A stretch of 64,000 nucleotides of DNA from Flavobacteriaceae bacterium (GCA_018401115.1 JAGYKX010000007.1:314815-378814); one strand, 5' to 3'; counted from the stretch's first letter, positions 48,445 to 58,623 are shown. Program-made: numbers and translations. Notes: generated by a model from the sequence alone, not told the origin.

Positions 48445-51321
48445 ATGTATGTACACCCTACCGAATATAGATACCAAAAAGAGATAATAGAATATCTTTC
48501 AACTCATGAGTTTAATGGGTTGAAGTATAATTATCTAAAGGATGATAGTTATGAATACGATAGGTTTAAGTGTATAATACCTTCAGAAACTTTAAAGTTT
48601 ATTGAGAAACACACAATCTGAAACTTATAAAAATATCCTCAAATACAAGGGAGAACCTGAAGGATTTATTTCAAAATTAGTTAACGATAGTGTTTTAAAA
48701 AATGGTTTAATCAAAACTCTTAAAGATGGTGTAGATGATTATGATGTTGGTCATGTTGATTTAATTTATTTTAACCCTGATAGAAGGATATCTCAATCTT
48801 ATTTAGAGAAATACCAAGAGAATAGGTTTGTTGTAATAGATGAATTTAAGTACTCTGTAAAGAACGAAAACAGAATTGATGTTGTTCTTATCATTAATGG
48901 AATTCCAATCCTTACAATGGAGTTAAAGAATCAATTTACTGGTCAATCAGTAAAGGATTCAGATAAACAATATGTTTATGATAGAAAACCTGATGGAGAA
49001 CCTCTTTTAAAATTCAAAAGATGTATTTGGTCATTTTAGTTTAGATAAATCAGAGATTCATTTTACCACAAATCTCAGAGGAGAAAAAACCAAGTTCTTT
49101 CCTTTCAATAAAGAAATGGATGTCAATAAAGATGGTTACAAGGTATCTTTCCTTTGGGAAGAGATTTTTAACCCTGTCTCTTTACTTGATATTCTTGAAA
49201 AGTTCGTTGTTCAAGTTATAGAAGTAAGTAAGGAGTGGAATGATAAAACCCAAAAGTTGAGAAAGAAAGAATGAAGTACTCATTTTTCCAAGATATCATC
49301 AATTAGAGGTAATTAGAAACCTTAGAAGTACTGTAAAATCAAATGGTATTGGTGGTAATTATTTAGTTCAACACACCACAGGTTCTGGTAAATCATATTC
49401 TATCGGATGGTTATCTCATAACCTCAATACTCTATTTGATAAAGATGATAATAAGATGTTTGATTCAATCATTGTTATCACTGATAGAAGAGTATTAGAT
49501 TCTCAACTTCAAAAGACTATAAAAGATTTAGAGGGAGTTGAAGGAGTAGTAAAACAAATAGATGAGGACTCTAAACAACTAAAAGGTTATTTAGAAAGTG
49601 GTGGTAGTATTATCATTACTACTATTCAAAAATTCTCAGTTGTTGTAAAATCCATTCAAGAACTCTCAGGAAAGTAATTTTGGTGTAATAATTGATGAGG
49701 TCCACTCTTCACAAACCGGTAAAAGTGGTTTGAATCTTAGAAAGGTTTTATCTCTCAATGAAGATGATGAGGTCACCAATACAGAACTACAAGATTACAC
49801 AAACTCAGTTGTTAAATTTCTAAGTGAAGAACAAAGAAGTAGAAAGAAACCACCTAACATTTCTTTCTTTGGATTTACAGGTACTCCAAAACAGAAACCC
49901 TTGAAATCTTTGGTACTGAATCAATAGTAGATGGAGAAACTAAAAAATTCCCTTTCACTCTTATTCGATGAAACAATCAATTAAAGAAGGTTTCACTTTA
50001 GATGTATTAGAAAACTTTACTTCTGTAAAAGATGGTTTAAACTCAAAATGAAGGGGGATGATAAAGAACTCCCTGAATCTAAAGTAAAACACGAATTGGT
50101 GAATTGGGTTGATTCATCTCCTGAGATGATATCTGAGAAAGTGAGAATCATTCTGAACCATTTAACTCAAAAACCTTTAATACTATTCCTAAAAAACTTT
50201 CAAGTGGGAAAATCCAAAACAGTGGTAAAGGGATGATTGTTTGTAGTTCTCAATATGATGTGGTACAATACTTCTTTGAATTGACCAAACAACTAAAAGA
50301 AAAAGGATGGTACGATAAATGTAAACCTTTATGTGGTTTTAGTGGTAAAATCGATTTTCAAGGTGAAAAATTCACTGAACAAGACCTCAACGATATAAGT
50401 GGTCACAATAGAAGAGAAAGTATCCCTGATGGGTTTAAAAACCCCGTCAATAGAATACTGATTGTTTGTAGTAAGTTTCAAACTGGTTTTGATGAACCTC
50501 TTCTTCATTCCATGTTTGTAGATAAGAAATTAAATGGTGTTCAATGTGTTCAAACTTTATCAAGATTGAATAGAACCACTTCTGGTAAAGAAGATACATT
50601 CGTTCTTGATTTTGTGAATAGACCCGAAGATGTTCAAAATTCATTTCAAGAATTCTATAAAACAAAAATTCTCTCTGGTGAAAGTGACCCTAACGAGTTG
50701 TATGGAATACTAAAAGATATTGAAGGTTATAACCTTTATAGACCATCTCAAATTGATGATTGGTTAGAAATATACTTTAGAAAGAACCGTAGTGATAAAG
50801 ATTTACAACCTTTAGTAGATACCATATACAATCAATGGATAGAATTACCTGATGATGATAGGGTAAGGTTTCGTTCAAAAATTGGTTCCTTTCATAAGAT
50901 GTATGAGTATATCACTCAAATCATTGATTTTAAGAATCAACCTAAATTGGAAGGTTACAACCTTTTCTTTTCATTACTTCATAAATTTCTAACTGTATCA
51001 AAACCTATTGTTGAATTAAATCTATCTGACTCTGTTTATTTAGATTCATATAAGTTTGATATTCAAGGTAAAAACAATTTGTTTTTAGATGATGTAGATA
51101 CACCCGTTGACCCTAAATCATATGATTCTGAAGGAATGTTAATGGAAGAGGAGACGGATTTACTTTCAAATATTATTAAAGGAATGAATGAAGTTCTTGG
51201 AGAGGGTTTACCTGAACATTTAAGAAAACCTCTCGAGAATCTTACCAAGAAAATTGAAGGTCACGAAGAGTTTGATACAACCTTAAAAATAACACAGAAT
51301 CTAACTCAAGAGATTGGTTAG
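48445..51321 (+). pseudogene. hsdR: Type I restriction endonuclease R subunit, fragmented into at least 8 pieces
   Basis: Fragments carry NRIDVVLIINGIPILTMELK (nuclease), QHTTGSGKS (motif I), IIDEVHSSQ (DEAH-like), FGFTGTP (motif III) and QTGFDEP...TLSRLNR (motifs V/VI), spread over several frames. Confidence 0.85.
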
Positions 51322-51481
51322 ATAAAATATATCTTGATATCAATAAAGAGAATTTTAAAACGATTTAGAAGGTTATAAGTTTTAAAAGATGAAAATATTA
51401 AGGATATAATTATTCAAGGTATTATTAATTCTAAAAAGGAAGTTCTTCTAGAGTTAAATAATTTTAAAAGAAAGTTATTAT

Positions 51482-52435
51482 ATGGATTTGTTAACAGATG
51501 TAGAAGATCTTTATGGAAACCCTATTTTACTTGGGAATGGTTTCAGTATTTTAAACAACAATAATTTTTCTTATAAAAACTTAATTAAAGAAATCATACA
51601 AAATAGTGAGGTTGACGTAAAAATATTTTAAATAAATTTAATGAGAAGAATATAGAAGAAGTCTTATACAAGATTCAGTCAAGTATTGAAATATGTAAAA
51701 TATTAGATATACCCAGTAAAAAAATAATTAAAACAGAAACTAAACTAATTAGATCTTTTATAGATATAATTAGTAAACTCCAACCCTCTTCAGACTCATA
51801 TTTTGAACCCTACAGTTACCACTATGGTAATCAACTTAAAAATTTGGTAGTATTTTTACCACTAATTACGATTTGAATATCTATTTTTAGTTTTAAAATA
51901 TTTTTCAAGAAATAACGGTCTTTTTACCCACTCTGATAACTTTTCGGGGTCAAACCAATATCTTACGTTTAATAATGAAAGTAACTCTAGTTATGAATCT
52001 CATATTTATTATTTACACGGAAATATATTGTTGTTTGGTAATAATCTTGAAATTTTTAAAGTAAAAAAACAGACGAGAACAGTAGTATTATTGATAAAAT
52101 AAAAGAAAACATAAATAATGGTAAACTTCCAATTATAGTTACTGATGGAAGTCCTGAATATAAATTGAACAAAATAAATGGAAATAAATATTTGAGGTTT
52201 TGTTTTGAAGAGTTTAAAAATCACAAGAGTGATTCCCTAGTTATATATGGACATTCATTAAGTGATTTAGATAAACATCTAATAGAATGTATTAACTCAA
52301 ATAAAAATTATAAAAAATTTATTTTGGACTATTTAAACCAACTGAAAATAAAATTAACCTTCAAAAGTCTAAGTTTAATGAAGAATTAGATGTCAAATTT
52401 TTGATTCTGAAATGTTATTTAACCCTGACATCTAA
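51482..52435 (+). pseudogene. DUF4917 family protein gene, broken by at least 5 frame breaks or stops
   Basis: MDLLTDVEDLYGNPILLGNGFS..., ...IFTTNYDL..., ...YYLHGNILLF..., ...LVIYGHSLSDLDKHL..., ...VKF(F)DSEMLF are DUF4917-like landmarks in shifting frames. Confidence 0.6.
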
Positions 52436-52440
52436 TAATT

Positions 52441-52600
52441 TTCACAATCTTTCTACTTAAATCTCGTTCCTTTACACTTATAGTTCAACACATGATATCG
52501 ATATAACAATGATACTGATACCAGATTAACTGAAATTAATATCCTTAGTTACAAGAAACCTTCAAGTTAATCTTCCGATTTGAACCTCTTAAAATTTTCG
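52441..52600. repeat. Intergenic repeat copy A (cassette-boundary element)
   Basis: Alignable by eye with copies B and C. It shares acaatctttct..cttaaatctc..tacacttatagtt with them, and the 15-nt block aaattaatatcctta (52533..52547) is identical in B. Confidence 0.7.
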
Positions 52601-52655
52601 AAGAGAGGGATTGTTATGTATTAAGAAGAGATTTGTGTTTCTTATTCACATTGAA

Positions 52656-52901
52656 TCAGTTGAATTTTCCTAAGTATTTGGTATAAACCAACTGACAGAC
52701 TTTATCCATTGATTTGAATACACTCATATCAAAATCAGAACTCTTGGTGATACTTGTAAGGGTAACTACCGAGTTATAGAGAACCTCATTATCCTCACGA
52801 GAGATTCGTTCGATAAAGTTGATATGATTACTTCCTTTAGGTGATTCAGAAACGATTACTTCTTCTGATTTTGAATCTATGGAAAAGAGAAAATTACTCA
52901 T
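52656..52901 (-). CDS. Small acidic hypothetical protein (candidate inhibitor or immunity partner of the upstream HNH protein)
   Basis: 81-aa ORF, 8 nt downstream of the HNH gene on the same strand, rich in D/E/S. Confidence 0.5.
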   Translation of the reverse strand: MSNFLFSIDSKSEEVIVSESPKGSNHINFIERISREDNEVLYNSVVTLTSITKSSDFDMSVFKSMDKVCQLVYTKYLGKFN

Positions 52902-52909
52902 AGGTTAGG

Positions 52910-53332
52910 TTATTGATGGAGGTGACATCTTCCGTTAGTATTTTTAGTTCGATTCTTACACCTAAGTCCTTTTTGAGTGGTTCCTGAACATTGAGTTGAG
53001 GTTACTGATTTAGAAGTTTTGGATTTAGTGGTTTCACCTTGACAACAGTTTGTTCCTACTATATTATTGTGAATCTTACAAACACAACTATTGGATTTAC
53101 TCCGATTACATCGTTGACAGAGAAGTTGGATATTCGATGGGTCATTCTTCCCTCCACACGAAAAGGGAGTGATGTGGTCATACTCTAAGTTATCGGTTCT
53201 TCCACAACATTGACACGAACCACCATCACGAGTAAAGACAATCTTTTTGGTAGTGGTGGAGATATTTCTACTTTGAGAGTAACCTGAGAAGGTGATTAGA
53301 ATCAGGGATATGAGAAGGAGTAATCTTTTCAA
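52910..53332 (-). CDS. HNH endonuclease domain protein with an N-terminal signal peptide and a Cys-rich C-terminal tail
   Basis: TTG start. (M)KRLLLLISLILITFSGYSQS signal-like N-terminus; HNH core CQCCG...EYDHITPFSCGG...NIQLLCQRCNRSK; tail GLRCKNRTKNTNGRCHLHQ. Confidence 0.65.
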   Translation of the reverse strand: MKRLLLLISLILITFSGYSQSRNISTTTKKIVFTRDGGSCQCCGRTDNLEYDHITPFSCGGKNDPSNIQLLCQRCNRSKSNSCVCKIHNNIVGTNCCQGETTKSKTSKSVTSTQCSGTTQKGLRCKNRTKNTNGRCHLHQ

Positions 53333-53370
53333 AACCAGTAATTTTTAAAAGATTTTACTAAATATAACTA

Positions 53371-53520
53371 AATTCTCTTCACCTCCCATTACTTCACACT
53401 TATAGTTAAATTAAAGGTATCGATATGACAATGTATTCGATACAGGTTTATCAAAAATTAATATCCTTACATACAAAAACATATTGGATGTTCTTTGGAT
53501 TTGAAAACTGTAAAGACTGT
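53371..53520. repeat. Intergenic repeat copy B (cassette-boundary element)
   Basis: Shares ttcacacttatagtt, tatcgatat, acaatg and aaattaatatcctta (53455..53469) with copy A. Contains an internal 7-bp inverted repeat, gtatcga (53417..) / tcgatac (53437..). Confidence 0.7.
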
Positions 53521-53868
53521 TCTGGTGTACAAAAAAAGACAATTCAAGAAGAAGGATTTCACACTAGAAAAGGACATCAACAAATTAAAAACATTCTATA
53601 CCCAAGAAGGAGAAAGTAATTGAGATGAAAATATATCTTACAAAATTTAATAACAGTTAGTGTTCTAAATTATCTTTATGAAATTAGTCCTTGATATACT
53701 AAAAAAGAGAAGTGTTTTTAGAAAATTCAATTATAAGTTTTCTAATAACAATGGAGATTTTGATTTAGGTTTGGAACCAGATAATCCATTAGTTCCCATA
53801 GACCCTAAAAATGGACCTAAGATTTTATTTAACAAAAAAGAACTAAGAGAGTAATCTTCTATTCTAAT

Positions 53869-55013
53869 TCAATCCCTATTGTAATCAATTAATCTAAATT
53901 GTTCTTTAGAAGTAACTCTTGGAAATTTTGATTTATAATCTTTCCACTTCCTTAGACATGTTTCATAATCATCATTATCTTCAATTCCACATAAATCACC
54001 TGAGTCACCATTATAATCCCAATCTCCCCAATCTTTAGTTTCAAAGAATTTAGGTATATCCTCTAACTCATATAAAAACCCTTCTTCAATTCCAGTTAAA
54101 TAAAAGTCATCTATTAGAACCCGATTATCTTGTATTTCAAACCATTCTCCATCTTCATATTCTTCCTCTATTTTATCTAGTTTGTGATATTGACCAAAAA
54201 CAATTATTCCACTACCGTCATTAAGTTTAAATTCCCCCCTATATCTTACTTCATGTATGATTCGGATTCTTATATCACCATGTTTTAAAACATCTTCTTT
54301 TATTATTTTTCCATCCTTATCCCATTCTGTTATTGATTCACAAATATCATTATTAAAAAACTCTTCCTTTTTTATTTTACCACTTTGAAAGTAGGTGAAC
54401 CATTTCCCGGATTTACTTCCCTTATGAAACTCTCCTTCACTTTTTAGTTGATAGTTTTTAAAATATCTTTTGTAAGAACCATGTTTAAAAAATCCAAACT
54501 GTCCACTTTTTAGATTTGACTCTAATTTTAAATTACCATTTTTAAAATATTCTTTTCTAACACCATATCTTTCATTGGTCTGAGTATCTATTTTGGTCTG
54601 ATTTTCCTCTAATCTTAAAACACCATTTTTATTCCATATTTTTTGAGATTGAGTAAAATGTTTATCGAAGATTTCTTCTTTTTTTATAGTACCACTTTGA
54701 AAGTAGGTGAACCATTTCCCATTTTTTTTGTAGTTGTCAATGTATTTACCTTCGAACTTTAAATTATTCCCTGGATAAAATTCTTTTTGGGATATTTTCT
54801 TATGATTTTCGAATATATTCTCTCTTTTATATCACCATTCTCATAATACAATCTCCACAAACCTTCTTGTTTATCATTTTGAAACTCTCCTTCATACATT
54901 AATTCCCCCGTTTCATAATATAATTTTTGAAGTCCGTGGTATAAACCATTTAATGTGGGAACGGTTGATTTTAATTTTCCATTTGGGTAGTAATCTTCCT
55001 TTATATCATCCAT
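53869..55013 (-). pseudogene. YwqK/MORN-repeat (antitoxin/immunity-like) protein fused to a C-terminal domain paralogous to 55024..55476; one frame break
   Basis: ORF 54759..55013 (YYPNGKLKS..YYETGELMYEGEF..DKQEGLWRLYYENGDIK) continues in the -1 frame as a 320-codon open frame (54831..53872). That frame has no start codon, so it is absent from the ORF track. One more A in the run at 54825..54828 restores ...GDIKRENIFENHKK.... Confidence 0.7.
53896..54231. repeat. Paralogous DNA duplication, copy 1 (pairs with 55042..55378)
   Basis: Long identical stretches, e.g. tatttcaaaccattctccatcttcatattcttcctctattttatctagtttgtgatattgaccaaaaacaattatt, are present in both copies. Confidence 0.85.
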
Positions 55014-55023
55014 GATACTACAA

Positions 55024-55476
55024 TTAATATTTTACTATTTCAAATTGTTCTTTAGAAGTAACTCTTGGAAATTTTGATTTATAATCATTCCATTTTTTTA
55101 GACATGTTTCATAATCATCTTCATCTTTAATTCCACACCAATTATCGGAGTCACCATTAAATTCCCTATCACCCCAACCTTCAACTTTAAAAAACTTAGG
55201 TATATCATCTAAATCAAATAAAAAACCTTTTTCATAATCTGTTAAATAAAACTCATCAATTTCTACTCGATTATCCTCTATTTCAAACCATTCTCCATCT
55301 TCATATTCTTCCTCTATTTTATCTAGTTTGTGATATTGACCAAAAACAATTATTTCATTCCCATCATTAAGTTTAAAATGTAGATTTCCACTTGATTTCA
55401 CTTCATGTTTAAGTTTTATTTTTACTTCACCATTTTTATGAAGAAAATTTGGTTTTTGTTTGTTGATATAATCCAT
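55024..55476 (-). CDS. Hypothetical protein, stand-alone paralog of the C-terminal domain of the YwqK-fusion gene (immunity-protein-like)
   Basis: Start trimmed to ATG 55476 (MDYINKQKPNF...). ...FKLNDGNEIIVFGQYHKLDKIEEEYEDGEWFEIEDNRV... is nearly identical to the neighbour. Confidence 0.6.
   Translation of the reverse strand: MDYINKQKPNFLHKNGEVKIKLKHEVKSSGNLHFKLNDGNEIIVFGQYHKLDKIEEEYEDGEWFEIEDNRVEIDEFYLTDYEKGFLFDLDDIPKFFKVEGWGDREFNGDSDNWCGIKDEDDYETCLKKWNDYKSKFPRVTSKEQFEIVKY
55042..55378. repeat. Paralogous DNA duplication, copy 2
   Basis: See copy 1. Confidence 0.85.
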
Positions 55477-56229
55477 TATTAAATATTTTTTCGTTAATGA
55501 TTCTCCCCATATGTTTTTTATCCTCAGTTGATACCGAACCAAAAGGAAGGTTTTTAGGTTCACCGTAAACTATTCTTGTTTCAAAATCACCTATTGTAAC
55601 TTTAAATAAATCTAACTTAAATGGTTTCCTTGGTTTACCTTCTTTAGTTTTTTCAATTACATGAAGTGTTTCAACATGTGTGGGGTCTAATAATTCCAAG
55701 TATCTTTTCCTAGTGGACAGAATAATTAAATTGGGTTTAACTTCTTGAACTAATCTTTTCCAAAGTTTGAATCCATTTAATCTTAGAAGTTCTTGTTCAT
55801 CAGATTTTAATCTACTCCAAGTTGGATTTGTGGATAAAGGAGAACCAATATCTGTATGGAGGACTTTATTGAAATTATTGTTTGGATAAAAACTACAATT
55901 TAATCCATTAAGTAAAGGTTCATACCCTGTAGAAAACCACTTTTTATAAGGTTCATTTTTAAAATAATCACATAACGATTTTTCAAGTGAAAGAGGGGAG
56001 TTTCTGTACTGTGGAAACCTAAAAAACGAATAGTTATCTAATTGATTAGATTGAAATTCAATGTTTGATGGATTAAGACCTACCGTTATAACTTTCTTTT
56101 TTTGATTAACGAATGATTCAATATCTCCAAAAAGAGTATTGGTAAACTCTTCCCTATAACATAGGGTAAATGTTTTTTATCGTTAAATTCATCAAGTAAT
56201 TCGTTTAAAAGAGACTCTGATAATATCAT
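55436..56229 (-). pseudogene. Hypothetical protein of about 264 aa, split by one frame break; weak resemblance to the uracil-DNA-glycosylase-like fold
   Basis: ATG 56229 (MILSESLLNELLDEFNDKK) runs into a stop. The -1 frame continues ...EEFTNTLFGDIESFVNQKKKVITVGLNPS... to the listed ORF 55436..55699. One extra A in the run near 56172..56177 restores the frame. VGLNPS and a late LPFGSVS loosely recall UDG-superfamily motifs. Confidence 0.4.
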
Positions 56230-56256
56230 TAGTTATGATTTAAGGTTAATTAAAAA

Positions 56257-56619
56257 TTATACTAAATACATGTAAAATCCTCTTATAGGATTTTCATATA
56301 AATCGTTAGTTATTTTGTTCTTTACCCCATTTTCATTATTAATTAAAGACCACTTATACTTTTTATTTTCAAGAAACTCTTCTACCCCCTCTTTAGTAGT
56401 GTCACTATTTATTTTATACTCTTTACTACCAATTTCAACTCTTATTCTTGTAGTATTTCGATTGTATTTATTTAAATCTCCTATTGTTTCTTTTTTAGTC
56501 AATTTCATCCAACAATCCAATAAATCATATAGTGTTTCTTTATTGTTAATAGAAACGGTTTCTATATAGTTTAAATCACTTGATAAATAGTTTCTCACTC
56601 TCTCTAGTTTTTCTTTCAT
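56257..56619 (-). CDS. Hypothetical protein
   Basis: 120-aa ORF, the first gene after repeat copy C. Confidence 0.5.
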   Translation of the reverse strand: MKEKLERVRNYLSSDLNYIETVSINNKETLYDLLDCWMKLTKKETIGDLNKYNRNTTRIRVEIGSKEYKINSDTTKEGVEEFLENKKYKWSLINNENGVKNKITNDLYENPIRGFYMYLV

Positions 56620-56756
56620 AATAATTTGTATTTAACAGGTTTGTTAATGTATTATCTAAAGGTCTCCGTATTTTTTTGTAAATGGATAATCTATTAATTT
56701 CCCTTTAGGAATATGACTATTATATAATTAATACTTAGAAAGTTAAGAATTTTAAA

Positions 56757-56865
56757 ACACAATCTTTCTTCTTATATCTCATTCCTTCACACTAATAATT
56801 CAAAACATAGGGGTAGGTATTCAAATTTATCTGAGTCAGGTTGTAAATAAATAATATTTCTCACT
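56757..56865. repeat. Intergenic repeat copy C (cassette-boundary element)
   Basis: acacaatctttcttcttatatctcattccttcacactaataattcaaaaca aligns with the first part of copy A. The second part (gagtcaggttgtaaataaataatatttctcac) aligns loosely with B (gatacaggtttatcaaaaattaatatccttac). Confidence 0.6.
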
Positions 56866-56887
56866 TCCGAATAACCTATTGGGTTGT

Positions 56888-57493
56888 TTATGAAACCTTT
56901 CTTTTAGTTTTTAGGTACTCTGAGTGAAGGAGTTCTTTGTTTCCGTTATCACACTTTTCAAACCAAGTTGAAATCCAATCCCCACCTCTTTTTTTGATGA
57001 AGAAATACTCTAAATATTCTTTATGTTCTTTGAATCTGTGATTGAGTTCCTTTTCATCGTAACCAATTCCTTCGTTGTTTGTAGATATCATATCAGTATC
57101 TGAAAACATCTCTCTGATTATTGGGTTATCCATTCTGAATGAAAGTGTGTAGTCATGACCAGACTTTGAAATATCTATAAGAACTACTGGTATAAGGTTC
57201 TTCATTTCTTTACTATCCTTATCCTTGTTTGATGGATGTAAATGAGAGTTGAACCCACTATTTGTGAGTCTATAAAAATCATTTGAGTCATTGATATTAT
57301 CAAAAAGTTCACCATTGACATCTCCTTTTACAATTCTACGAGTAACATCACTTGGAGGTATAACACCCCATTTAAAAATAATACAGTCAGGATAACTATT
57401 ATCATTTTCCCATTGGTCTTCACATGTGTATAGACCTACAATTTTAAACCCATATCTTTTTTCTACTTCTTTGATGTAATTACTTTTATTCAT
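56888..57493 (-). CDS. Hypothetical protein (gene 5 of a five-gene operon)
   Basis: 201-aa ORF with an 8-nt overlap with the upstream gene. Confidence 0.55.
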   Translation of the reverse strand: MNKSNYIKEVEKRYGFKIVGLYTCEDQWENDNSYPDCIIFKWGVIPPSDVTRRIVKGDVNGELFDNINDSNDFYRLTNSGFNSHLHPSNKDKDSKEMKNLIPVVLIDISKSGHDYTLSFRMDNPIIREMFSDTDMISTNNEGIGYDEKELNHRFKEHKEYLEYFFIKKRGGDWISTWFEKCDNGNKELLHSEYLKTKRKVS

Positions 57494-57680
57494 TTTGTAG
57501 TTTTTTAATTAATTCTTCTAAATATTCCTCATCTGTAAAAACCTTAAAAGGTATTGTGATAGATTCAAAAATTGATTCCACCACTATGGATGGAATAATA
57601 ATAAACAGTTGATGTATCATCATTGGTATTATTAACATCTTCAATTTTTGTTTGTGTTTTTCTAATTCATTTTCATTCAT
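57486..57680 (-). CDS. Small hypothetical protein with one hydrophobic segment (gene 4)
   Basis: 64 aa with MLIIPMMIHQLFIIIPSIVV flanked by charged helices. Confidence 0.45.
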   Translation of the reverse strand: MNENELEKHKQKLKMLIIPMMIHQLFIIIPSIVVESIFESITIPFKVFTDEEYLEELIKKLQNE

Positions 57681-57684
57681 TTTT

Positions 57685-58113
57685 TTACATGTTTACAAAC
57701 CGGTTGGATTTAAATTTTATATTCTTGATTTCTATTTCTAATCTTGATACTCTTTCTATTAAATCCTCCATACTTTCAGAGTTTCTAAATGTTTGAAACT
57801 TATGGTCTTTAAGTCTTTCTCTTTCCCATTGATTTCTGAACTTAGACATGAGGTAACCAAACGAATCGTACATATAATTCCATTGGTCTAACAGTTCATA
57901 ATCTGATAGTGAGTAGTCAAGTTCATTAGTTAAACCATCACTAATTTTCTTGTCAGTTGAAAAGGGTAGAGATGAAAAGACCTCATCCAAATATGTAGAC
58001 GAGGTCTCTAATAATTTCTCTCTATTCTTCTTAGATAACTTATCATTACATTGAATGTAAAAGTTATACCCCTTGAACTTCTTTTTTGAAGGAGTTCCAT
58101 CGTATTTTTTCAT
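57685..58113 (-). CDS. Hypothetical protein (gene 3)
   Basis: 142-aa ORF with a 4-nt overlap with the upstream gene. Confidence 0.55.
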   Translation of the reverse strand: MKKYDGTPSKKKFKGYNFYIQCNDKLSKKNREKLLETSSTYLDEVFSSLPFSTDKKISDGLTNELDYSLSDYELLDQWNYMYDSFGYLMSKFRNQWERERLKDHKFQTFRNSESMEDLIERVSRLEIEIKNIKFKSNRFVNM

Positions 58114-58622
58114 ATGTGGGTTACAGTTCCTTTTTCATACTCCCTCATGAACATAAACCCATTATAATTATCATCTACTATTAACCCTTGTTGAACTAAA
58201 AAGTAAATCCCATACATGATGTGGAACAATGTTTCTACAAAAAATCTATCTGAAAAATCAAGTTTAAGTTCATATGTTAAACCCTTATCTCTTGAGTTAA
58301 TGTTTTGAATTTTATTCCAATTCTCAATCCCTAATTCAAGATTATGTTTCACACTTCTAGTTAGAGATTTTAATCCATCTTTATATCCCTTTTCATTATT
58401 TAGAACTCCTTTTATCTCTTTTCTATAACACGATTGAACTTGATTAAAACATTTCATAAATTCTTCAATCATTTCTTTTCCATCAACATTTAATTCATTG
58501 ACTACTAAATTGAATCCCTCTTCTGTATTATCCTTATAATACATTCCAAACATTGTGGGTAATGAACTCTTCTTACCTTTTAGTTCATCTCTTTCTGATT
58601 TTCTTCTTTGTTGTCTTGTCAT
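58110..58622 (-). CDS. Hypothetical protein with an MTRQQRRK N-terminal leader (gene 2)
   Basis: 170-aa ORF. The N-terminus is shared with 59430..59789. Confidence 0.55.
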   Translation of the reverse strand: MTRQQRRKSERDELKGKKSSLPTMFGMYYKDNTEEGFNLVVNELNVDGKEMIEEFMKCFNQVQSCYRKEIKGVLNNEKGYKDGLKSLTRSVKHNLELGIENWNKIQNINSRDKGLTYELKLDFSDRFFVETLFHIMYGIYFLVQQGLIVDDNYNGFMFMREYEKGTVTHI

Positions 58623-58623
58623 C

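Noticed and set aside
53425-53619. 64-aa plus-strand ORF
   Set aside because: It lies inside intergenic repeat copy B, and its sequence is largely dictated by the repeat. No equivalent ORF is preserved in copies A or C.
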